Source of the DNA: an uncultured Acetobacteraceae bacterium
GTDB taxonomy: Bacteria; Acidobacteriota; Terriglobia; Terriglobales; Acidobacteriaceae
Direction of reading: 5' to 3'
Assembly: GCA_964658125.1 (NCBI GenBank)
Contig: CAZZYB010000001.1
Location: 1-34,708 of the forward strand
Length of the DNA stretch: 34,708 bases
Shown piece after piece: positions 20,901 to 27,894 of this stretch. The notes under the pieces were generated by a model that was given only the letters and a program-made list of their open reading frames with translations, had not been told where the DNA came from and searched no databases. A program made the translations under genes and the position numbers. Numbering within the stretch: the stretch's first letter is position 1; each line of letters begins with the position of its first letter.

Positions 20901-21465
20901 CCGCGATCGAGATGGTCGAAGAACCCGACTGGTCCTGGAAACGCACAAAGCGCGGGTCCCCAACCGCGGTCACATTATTGTCAAGCTTGGAAAACAGGAA
21001 GGGATTGCGCCCGGGATTCGGCAGATTCTGAAGCTTTTGAGAGTCGATTAACTGTCCGTTGTAGGACGTGCCGTTATCGACAAGCCTTTCCGCTGCGTTG
21101 ACCTCTATGACTTCTGTCGTCGCTCCGATCTGAAGTTTCAGGTCGAGCGGAATAGTGTTACCGGAATCAACGATAACGCCAGCATTCTCTGCCAGCTTGA
21201 ACCCGGCCATCGACGCACTCACGTTGTATTTGCCCGGGTCCACAGCGCTGAACGCGTACTCGCCCGAACCGTTTGCAACTGTAGTTCGAACGATCTTCGT
21301 GGTCTCGGAAGTAAGTGCGACTGTGGCGTTGGGCAGGGTGGCGCCCACAGCGTCCGTAATAGTCCCGCGAACCGCACCGTAGTTACTTTGCCCCGTCGCT
21401 GTAGAAGCCAGCATCAGCACAAATAAGAAGAGCGCAACGGCAATATATCTTTTTGTAAGTGGCAT
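17905..21465 (-). CDS. TonB-dependent outer-membrane transporter (Oar-like)
   Basis: Signal peptide, GTITDAVGATLPNATV, GRNPF, EEVKVQANTYDAE.GRTSGG, YVQDDWR, C-terminal GRLTF. Start placed at ATG 21465 behind GGAGG. Confidence 0.92.
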   Translation of the reverse strand: MPLTKRYIAVALFLFVLMLASTATGQSNYGAVRGTITDAVGATLPNATVALTSETTKIVRTTVANGSGEYAFSAVDPGKYNVSASMAGFKLAENAGVIVDSGNTIPLDLKLQIGATTEVIEVNAAERLVDNGTSYNGQLIDSQKLQNLPNPGRNPFLFSKLDNNVTAVGDPRFVRFQDQSGSSTISIAGAPMSSNNYLIDGVPITDFSNRAVIIPSIEGVEEVKVQANTYDAEIGRTSGGLFNTTLKSGSSALHGVLQGETRQTNWGANTFFNNRTSCSVQGVSYNPCPRGAAEFYSYVGSLSGPIPLPRILGGAHNTFFAITEEGYRQRSPYVNSTLFIVPTDKERVGNFSEIGTVTSVGTPGVTAGTCAVGSNGINSTCIIDLSKTVLVAGKAIPIYYAGNMITNINPIGQALINSFPKANIAETRPGVANFGGYDTLGDRADEFNGKLTHSFFEGKWLADFYYLHYGSKEPGGNPLTNVPGSSGSYLLYRKVDAIGIANTITITPTTVATVGFGFNRFPNDTQDISKGFDQSMLGFPSSYVSAMSKKAFPRLTFDSTLTNEGTSNSGPVVFFSRNFVVGLAKTIGKHNAKVGYNFRAISETFTSLSDTSGTFGFNSLSGHSAGDVLEGIPNTSSLIIPTKLAYTTAYQAVYVQDDWRATNKLSLNLGFRFEFEHGIHERNNQISVGFDRNITYNALGSGVQAKGGVEFAGQAGYGTNTGNMAGKYNPRAGFAYEVDKNTVVKGGYGVFYAPLYYSNTNTYAPGYILNNSLSGQAVGNSPITLSNPYPNLVTKPTGNANGLGTSIGSTLSIIDQGRRSPLYQSYSLAVEQQFWWGVALKLGYVGGHGRNLPDSLNINQLPDSQYSLGDTALTTNAPFAFAGVGQWSSAQRPTYQSLLPFPQYQGITVATSAGRSDYNALDVKVQKRFSKGVSFLTGYTWSSNWDNIWGAYGSSNSLNSGNNGPQDIYNLSKEYARASNNIPNRFTIAGTYELPFGHGKHFFGGANRFVDLAVGGWKFNDITVIQNGMPLAITQTSNISSSYGNGTQRPTIIPGIDPCKSGSPEGRLGQYFNPLAFRATGPPTAGGALPYGDQPRASNCYGPGYINSDLSLNKDFHVSERVHLEFRAEALNAFNTPQFSTPSLSIGAYKATASTTNFTTYNSGAGQVTGTLGFPRLVQLGGRLTF

Positions 21466-21719
21466 CAAGGCGGCCTCCAAGGTGAAAGAAGATCTAAATG
21501 TACGGTGGTTCCATGAGGTATTCGTCGTCGAAGCTATTTGTCTGAGGGCACAGATTCACGCAAGCCTGGAGAGAGCATCTCCGGCGTCTTCGAGTTACAT
21601 GGATAAAAACAGATACACGTTCGGCGGCGGCGGAATTGTTCCGTCGATGCCTGCGATCAGGAGATCTGCCAAAGGCCGGTGTTGAACCGGCCAAAATATT
21701 CGTATTGCTGAAATATTGC

Positions 21720-21741
21720 TAGTTCCAGGGTTTTGGAACTA
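21720..21741. promoter_or_regulatory. Perfect 8-6-8 inverted repeat (operator-like or leader hairpin)
   Basis: TAGTTCCA-GGGTTT-TGGAACTA. Confidence 0.4.
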
Positions 21742-21870
21742 CGCTGCCCGTTCGATATGCTGCATCGCTGCCGACTGAATACGGTAATACTGATGAATGC
21801 TGCGGGGCGGTAACCCCTTTATCGCGTTTCATGCCGTACAGGCCGATTTGGGTTTTTGGTAATGACGCCA

Positions 21871-21899
21871 ATCCTATCCACAAGTCCACCTAGTGTCAA
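21871..21899 (-). promoter_or_regulatory. sigma70-type promoter for the transporter-aminotransferase-permease unit
   Basis: Minus strand reads TTGACA (21899-21894), 17 bp, TAGGAT (21876-21871). An AT-rich UP-element-like tract lies at about 21900-21914. Confidence 0.7.
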
Positions 21900-22189
21900 T
21901 AAATAAAATAAATTCGAGCGCGGACAAACAGCTCCATCAACGCACGCGTCCCCAGCCGCTGACATCGTAGACCAGCAGGGATGTGTAATCGGTCCGTTTG
22001 GCCTCCACATCAGCCATAAGCTGGTTCAGGATCTCCATGGTTCACCAACTCAGAATGGGGCGGCTGCACCTCAAGGGGGCGCCATCGCACCTGAAATTGT
22101 TCTGCTATTTGATAGTTTAAAAACGCGGTCGTCGTAGCAAGCACCGCCACCTACCATTCAGAGACAGTTACAGCAGCCAATCCCTCAAG

Positions 22190-23701
22190 CTAGAACCGCA
22201 CCTGCTTGCCCTGCACCATTTGCTCGATCACCTCGTGCACATTTAGCAGTGACCAGGCCTCGGCATAGGTTGCGGGCTGCGTCTGTCCCGCCTGGTGGAT
22301 GAGCACTGCGGGCCGCGGATCAAACACATCGTCTGACGCTTCCTCATCTTCCTCCGTCCATGCAGGCAGCGAACTCCATATATTCACGCGCCAGCCATGG
22401 TCGCCTTGCACAATGACACTCGTGTTGTTCCATCGCGGTGACGTTTGCAGAATGCCCAGAACACGGCCAAGCTCAGCATCGGCCAGCGCGAGATCATCGA
22501 TATACGAACTCCCGCACGATCGTGTGAAGCTGGCCGTTCGGCGGCTCCAGATGCTGGGGCTATGCGGGATCGCCAGGTGCAGGAAGACGAAATCAGCTTG
22601 ATCCGTCCGTAGCATCTCCAGGCTGTGCTCCTCGAGATCCATGTGAGTCTCATACCGCTGACGCACCTCGTAGCTGCATGACTCCTGGGCAGCGCTCTCG
22701 GGTCCTTTGATCTCGCTCGCCATCTGTTCAAGCGGCGACCAGATGTTCCTCAAGAGGCTGTGGCGCTGCGCCATCGGCCCATCGATCTTGTCGAGGTTCG
22801 TCCAATAGCAGTCGTCAATGGCTCCCCCATAGATTGTGCAGTAAGGGTTGTACCAACCTACGGCTCCGGTCCTCCATCCATTCCTCTGCGCATCGGCAAA
22901 GACAGTCTGCGGCCCGTCCAGCACGTGCCACCCGTGGGTACCGGTAAAGTGCACCTTCAACCCGTCGTCGAAGCCGAAACGAACCTCGTCGACAATGTGC
23001 CCGCTGAACAGAGAAGGGATGATCTTCACGGTCCTCGAGCCAATCGGCTCCGCTTTGCCGAACAACGTGCTCTGCGCGCGCAGTGCATCGAAATTTGGAA
23101 GTAGGAGCCCGTCTAAGCGGTGCTCAAAAAGCTCGCGGTACGAAAGCTCGTCAAACACAATCCACACAATCCGCGGGTGCTCGCGGGCGGGCTGGGGCGT
23201 ATGTGCCCAGACAGCATCACGCCGCTGCGGACCGGGCTTCCAGGTCATAACCCAGAGCAGTTGCAGGATGCTGCCGAAGGCGAATACTGCAAAGAAAATA
23301 CCAGCGGCGCCGCCGATCTGAATGAGCCTCCGGTAACCCGTGGGAGACTTCATGAACAGTAGAACAACGAGGGCGATCCACGACACCGCAAGAACCGGGA
23401 GCAGCCCCTCCGGTGTGCCGAACGGCAGCAGCGCCCGCATGCGGAAGACCACGTAGACGGGAACGATCGCCGCCAGCAGCACCAGAAAGCGGCCGTACAA
23501 TCTCGTACGCTGCACCGACGCGATCACCACGAAAATGGCAAGGCCGAGCAGGATAATGTCCACTATCTGCGCGATACAGATGCCCACCAGAGAGAACGGC
23601 ACATGCATCCGGACGTCCGCGCCGCCCCCCAGCAGGTCGCCATAATTCATGACAAGCACCATGGCCGCGAGTCCCATGCTTTGGCAGAGTTTCTTCAGCA
23701 T
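22190..23701 (-). CDS. Membrane-anchored alkaline-phosphatase-superfamily enzyme (sulfatase-like; LtaS/EptA-like architecture; NoeB-like)
   Basis: About five N-terminal hydrophobic helices, then PRIVWIVFDELS, RTVKIIPSLFSG, HLAIPHSP and QGDHG. Start placed at ATG 23701 (purine-rich RBS, 13 nt after the upstream stop). Confidence 0.75.
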   Translation of the reverse strand: MLKKLCQSMGLAAMVLVMNYGDLLGGGADVRMHVPFSLVGICIAQIVDIILLGLAIFVVIASVQRTRLYGRFLVLLAAIVPVYVVFRMRALLPFGTPEGLLPVLAVSWIALVVLLFMKSPTGYRRLIQIGGAAGIFFAVFAFGSILQLLWVMTWKPGPQRRDAVWAHTPQPAREHPRIVWIVFDELSYRELFEHRLDGLLLPNFDALRAQSTLFGKAEPIGSRTVKIIPSLFSGHIVDEVRFGFDDGLKVHFTGTHGWHVLDGPQTVFADAQRNGWRTGAVGWYNPYCTIYGGAIDDCYWTNLDKIDGPMAQRHSLLRNIWSPLEQMASEIKGPESAAQESCSYEVRQRYETHMDLEEHSLEMLRTDQADFVFLHLAIPHSPSIWSRRTASFTRSCGSSYIDDLALADAELGRVLGILQTSPRWNNTSVIVQGDHGWRVNIWSSLPAWTEEDEEASDDVFDPRPAVLIHQAGQTQPATYAEAWSLLNVHEVIEQMVQGKQVRF

Positions 23702-23714
23702 CGCAACCTTTCCC

Positions 23715-25106
23715 TTACGCGCTTGCCGGCCGTTCAATCTTGCTGAGCAGGAACAGTGTTCGTCCATTATCGAGCATGTGCTCGCGCACAACCTTGAAGC
23801 GGCTTTCGCAGGCGGCGAGCAGGTCGTCTGTTCCAAGCGAACCGTACAGATCCGTGCGGCCGCGCATCAGGCTCTGGTACATCGGATCGTGAACAGGCAC
23901 CCACTCCACGATCGTGTGCCGGCGAGTGAGCCTGTGACAGAGTTCAAGAATAGCCGGCAAAGGGATCTGCTCCATCAGCAGCAAATGATGGATGACGGCG
24001 AGCATGAGCATCAAATCTGACTGGCCCTCAAGCCGCGCCAACAGAGGGCTCGTCTCCCGATTTTCCCAACCGGCCGCGGGAGTGGGCTGCGCCAGATCCG
24101 CCTGGATTGTCTGGATCGCCAGATGCTCCGCAGTGCTCATACGAAAGATGCGCTCGGCGGAGGCGACATCCCGCTCAAGCGCAATCACCTGCGCCCCGCA
24201 TTCAGCGGCGAGCTTACTGAACTCACCCGTGTTCGCTCCTACGTCGAGCACGCGTGCTGGGCGTAACTCCTCGAGCGCTTCGCGCACCCACGCACGTTTT
24301 CGCTCGCTATCGGCGGCGCTATAGTGCGTCAGGTTTCCTTTGTACTGGCTCCAATTGGAAGCTGCCGATCTAGGGAGAGCGCGCCGGGTTTGTCGTCGCA
24401 GATCCTCCAGGTTCCGCTTCAGCAGATGCAGAGCGAGGTCGGGTTCATGAAGGCGTGGCGTGGGGGTTAAGAACGTCTCCGCAGGCTTGCGCTTTTCCAG
24501 CCAGGCTGGCAGCGTGATCGGCCAAAACCCTCGCCGCGACAGCCGCTGCCGCCACCCGAGCGCCTCGTACAACTCGGCAGGCTCGTACCCGTCGCGTTTG
24601 AATAGGCTGAGCGCCAAAGGCCAGTTCAGTAGCTGGTTCATCAGCAGAGGAAGCAAAAAGGTCCGAACGTACTGCGCATACGCCATCCAGGCCGACGACT
24701 CCGGTGCACGCCGTTCAAACGACAGGACGTCAACCAGTACGGGACGCGGCCCCTCGAACAGGATATTGAGCGGGGTTGCATCCTTGAGAATCCAGCCCTG
24801 GTCCACGGCTTCATCGCACACGTTCAGGGTCAGGTCGCCCGCCGCTAACCACTGCGACGGCGACCACTCCCACGGATAGGTCGGAACCGCGATCTTTGGA
24901 TGCACCAGGCGCAGCCCGCACGGGGAATCCTCCACCCTCGAGGTCACCATATAGCCTTGTGCCTCAAGCCGCTGACACAGCGGCGAGGCGAGGAACTCCA
25001 ACACCCGAGCCTGCGCGGCAGGGTAGACGGTACGGACCACACGATCATGTTCTATTTGGACCCAACCGGCCGGGTCGCGGAAAGTTGGGCCGGGACCATC
25101 AGACAT
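23715..25106 (-). CDS. NoeA-like protein: N-terminal kinase-like domain fused to a class I SAM-dependent methyltransferase
   Basis: N-terminus TFRDPAG, TYPWEWS, LKDATPLNILF...VDVLSF. C-terminal VLDVGANTGEFS (SAM motif I) and LAVIHHL. ATG 25106 overlaps the upstream TGA (TGATG). Confidence 0.8.
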   Translation of the reverse strand: MSDGPGPTFRDPAGWVQIEHDRVVRTVYPAAQARVLEFLASPLCQRLEAQGYMVTSRVEDSPCGLRLVHPKIAVPTYPWEWSPSQWLAAGDLTLNVCDEAVDQGWILKDATPLNILFEGPRPVLVDVLSFERRAPESSAWMAYAQYVRTFLLPLLMNQLLNWPLALSLFKRDGYEPAELYEALGWRQRLSRRGFWPITLPAWLEKRKPAETFLTPTPRLHEPDLALHLLKRNLEDLRRQTRRALPRSAASNWSQYKGNLTHYSAADSERKRAWVREALEELRPARVLDVGANTGEFSKLAAECGAQVIALERDVASAERIFRMSTAEHLAIQTIQADLAQPTPAAGWENRETSPLLARLEGQSDLMLMLAVIHHLLLMEQIPLPAILELCHRLTRRHTIVEWVPVHDPMYQSLMRGRTDLYGSLGTDDLLAACESRFKVVREHMLDNGRTLFLLSKIERPASA

Positions 25107-25354
25107 CAAGCCGCTCTGCGGACATCATTTTTCGCTGCGGCGGGCAGGCCGGTCGACCCGGAATCCTTCTTGCGAAACAGAGCAACGATCCGGCGGCGGA
25201 AGAAATACCCGGCGGCCGCCAGAGCCGATGCAAACGACTGCAGGGCGAACAGCCCCGAGCCCGGGTCGACATAAGCGAGAGCTCGACGTTCCGTGGCAAT
25301 GAGAAGACAGAAGCAGGTGAAAAGCGAAAGCACAACAGAGACGAAGCGTTTCAT
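25106..25354 (-). CDS. Small membrane protein: signal peptide + YVDPGSG motif + transmembrane helix + basic tail
   Basis: 82 aa: MKRFVSVVLSLFTCFCLLIATERRALA|YVDPGSGLFALQSFASALAAAGYFFRRRIVALFRKK... GAGGA RBS about 9 nt upstream. Its stop overlaps the next start codon. Confidence 0.75.
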   Translation of the reverse strand: MKRFVSVVLSLFTCFCLLIATERRALAYVDPGSGLFALQSFASALAAAGYFFRRRIVALFRKKDSGSTGLPAAAKNDVRRAA

Positions 25355-25389
25355 ATATCGCAATCCTCTTCGACAGCAAAAGGCAAAGG

Positions 25390-25446
25390 CTCAGCGAAGC
25401 CGCTGAGGCGCAGGCCAAACCGGGCTTCCCTAAAGGGCATGCCCGG
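25390..25446 (-). promoter_or_regulatory. Two tandem hairpins in the leader of the microprotein operon; the proximal one is terminator-like
   Basis: CTCAGCG-4nt-CGCTGAG (25390-25407), followed on the minus strand by CCTTTGCCTTTTG. Second stem CCGGGC..CCC-TAAA-GGG..GCCCGG (about 25420-25446). Confidence 0.4.
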
Positions 25447-25867
25447 CACGTGAAATTTCCCCGGAGGCCATCACCGTACAGCGACCACGGATCTTCCCAG
25501 CCTTAATGACGTGCCCCTGGCCTCATAAGATGCACTTCACAGAAAATTTGGGAGAAATGCGTGCGGCATCTGGATCCCAGAGAACGCCACTGGATTCCCA
25601 GCCCTTCTCCAAACCTCGACGTTGACCTCCACGGCCCAGTAAATTGGTCAAACCTCCTCACGGTTCTGGCTCGACGCTTTGACCCCCATGGCGACCTGGA
25701 GGCCCCGCCACCGGACCGAACCGAAGTCTCCCTCAAGCTCTGGGGCGAAACAGGTCAGGCCGGCGAGAGCCACGCCTCTTGGAGACTTCATTCGAGAAAT
25801 CTCTACTAGAAGCTTGAACTTAGATTCCTCGAGTATCTCGTCCCTGACCAGACACCGCTGTACGGGT

Positions 25868-27772
25868 CTACCGGCGTGTCTCGATTCCCTTGCCTTCGAT
25901 CACCGTATAACACGCATCAACGAGCGTGGGCGATGCTACCGACTCAACCCTTCCGCTTGGCCAGCGAATCTCGATCTTCTCGATCTTCGTCGCGGAGCCC
26001 AAACCAAAATGCGGCCTTTGATCCGAGCTCGAAGCGAAGCTTCCCCCCGCCAACACATCGGCGCGTTGCGTAAATCCTCCGGCAGTGACATAGACGCGCG
26101 CACCGACCGCATCGCGCGGACTTCCGGGCTTTCCAGGGCCACTGGGAGGCGCGCCGACGAGCTTGAACGCGATCCAGTGATTTTCATTCTTTACAACGTT
26201 GCGAAACAGCGATGGGGTACCGTCCATGTTGTTGATGACTACATCCATGTGGCCGTCATTGAACAAGTCGCCGAACGCCATGCCTCGTGAGGTCGCCACC
26301 TTTGCCAGTCCGGTTCCTTCAACCGCGGGAACGAGTTTGAACTTGCCCGCTTCACTGTGAAATAACAATGGTCGCTGCGCCCAGCTTGTGCCCCAATTCT
26401 GTTGGTCCACCCCCGGGTAGACATGGCCGTTCACCATAAACAAATCAAGCCAGCCATCATTGTCGTAGTCGAAGAATGCAGTTCCCCAACCCAGGAACGG
26501 TACTGTCGGTTCCGCGATTCCATCCCGATAGGACGTGTCGGTAAAGTTCCCCTCGCCGTCGTTGCGGTACAGCGGGTTGTAGTCGTCGGAAAAGGTGGTG
26601 TTGTAGATGTCGATGTTTCCCTTGTGCAGCAAATCGCCGGCCGCAATGCCCATCGAGGCCGTTTCGCGGCCACTCTCGTTCAACGCATAGCCGCTCGAAA
26701 AACTCGCATCCTCGAACGTGCCGTCACCCTTATTCAGATAGAGGTAATTGGGAGTCGAGTCATCGGCAACCAGCAAATCCGGCCGGCCATCTCCGTTCAC
26801 ATCCACGAACAGCGAAGCCAGCCCGTAATACCCCCCGGTGTCCGCGACTCCGGCACGAGCGCTCACATCGGTGAACGTGCCGTCGCCGTTGTTATGAAAC
26901 AGATGATCGGGTTCGCCATGCAGCCCACGCGGACCGCACATAACCTTGACGCCCCGAAACTGGCAAAAACTGAACGATGTCGACGCAGCGCCCTGACTCG
27001 GTTGGTTGGCGAGATCGTAGTGAACGTAACCGGGGACGAACAGATCGAGGCGACCATCACCGTCGTAATCTCCCCACGTCGCTCCCGTCGACCAGTTGCC
27101 GAGCGTTACCCCCGCCTTCTCTGCAACGTCTGTAAACGTCCCATCATGGTTGTTGCGATACAGGCGGTTTTTGCCATAGTTCGAAACGTAAATGTCGGGC
27201 CAGCCATCGTTGTCGAAGTCTCCTACAACGGCGCCAAACCCCCAGCGATCGTTGGCGACTCCGGCTTTCGCCGTTACATCCGTAAAAGTTCCGTCGTGAT
27301 TGTTATGAAACAGCGCGGCATGGGGCGAAGTTGCTTTCCCTGACACCGCTTCGACGGTCGAGCCGTTCACAAGATAGATGTCCAGCCATCCGTCATTGTC
27401 GTAGTCCAGCAGGGCGACTCCGGAACCTACCGTTTCCAAAATAAAGTTCTTCTCCGGCGTTCCCATGTGGTGCTTCCAGGTCGCCAGGCCGGCCGAGGCG
27501 GCAATATCCTTGAAGATCACAGGCCCTGACGCCACAAATCCTCCCGCAGTGATGGGGCGGTGCTGAGCGTCAAGCACGGCAGGATGCGCTCCTCCGGTAT
27601 TCACTCCCCCCATCGATGCAGGCTGCGATCCCTCAGTCGGCTTCTGAGCTTGCTTTTCCAGGGGAACCGTATTCGGATTTTGCGCCGTGCAGAATCCCGT
27701 CGCTGCCAGAAAAAGGACGGCGGTCAACAGGGAGCGCGAGGAACGTTTTCTGATCGAAATCATCGTCTTCAT
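25868..27772 (-). CDS. CRTAC1-family protein (FG-GAP/VCBS repeats + C-terminal ASPIC/UnbV domain), exported
   Basis: Repeated DYDNDGWLDI / DFDNDGWPDI / DYDGDGRLDL motifs and NNHDGTFTDV. C-terminal RDAVGARV...HFGLG...IRWPSG. Signal peptide after Met 27772/27763 (exact start uncertain). Confidence 0.9.
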   Translation of the reverse strand: MKTMISIRKRSSRSLLTAVLFLAATGFCTAQNPNTVPLEKQAQKPTEGSQPASMGGVNTGGAHPAVLDAQHRPITAGGFVASGPVIFKDIAASAGLATWKHHMGTPEKNFILETVGSGVALLDYDNDGWLDIYLVNGSTVEAVSGKATSPHAALFHNNHDGTFTDVTAKAGVANDRWGFGAVVGDFDNDGWPDIYVSNYGKNRLYRNNHDGTFTDVAEKAGVTLGNWSTGATWGDYDGDGRLDLFVPGYVHYDLANQPSQGAASTSFSFCQFRGVKVMCGPRGLHGEPDHLFHNNGDGTFTDVSARAGVADTGGYYGLASLFVDVNGDGRPDLLVADDSTPNYLYLNKGDGTFEDASFSSGYALNESGRETASMGIAAGDLLHKGNIDIYNTTFSDDYNPLYRNDGEGNFTDTSYRDGIAEPTVPFLGWGTAFFDYDNDGWLDLFMVNGHVYPGVDQQNWGTSWAQRPLLFHSEAGKFKLVPAVEGTGLAKVATSRGMAFGDLFNDGHMDVVINNMDGTPSLFRNVVKNENHWIAFKLVGAPPSGPGKPGSPRDAVGARVYVTAGGFTQRADVLAGGSFASSSDQRPHFGLGSATKIEKIEIRWPSGRVESVASPTLVDACYTVIEGKGIETRR

Positions 27773-27894
27773 CGGTAAGCCATCATCGTTCAGGTGGAGA
27801 TACCGTGTAAAGCGCCGGTTGTGATAGAAGGGGATGCGGAAGTTCCGCACCGAAGCGGTCACATGAAAACGCGAGGTCTAACCCCATCAGAAAT

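Noticed and set aside
21494-22010. Short ORF-track ORFs (63-67 aa) in the intergenic region
   Set aside because: No RBS or coding-like features; one overlaps the predicted promoter.
25378-25446. Superficial resemblance to a c-di-GMP-I riboswitch (GGCAAA...GCGCA...CTAA) on the + strand
   Set aside because: Lacks the GAAA tetraloop and the ACGCAAAG core, and points away from the adjacent operon.
25561-25809. 82-aa + strand ORF (MRHLDPRERHW...) in the spacer, with GGGAGA upstream
   Set aside because: No recognisable motif, signal or TM segment. It cannot be supported without homology or Ribo-seq data, though it is not excluded.
26440-27420. Recurring GTCGTAGTC / CCGTCGCCGTTGTT-like nucleotide repeats
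   Set aside because: These encode the FG-GAP repeats of CRTAC1. They are not CRISPR repeats: degenerate, irregularly spaced and inside a CDS.
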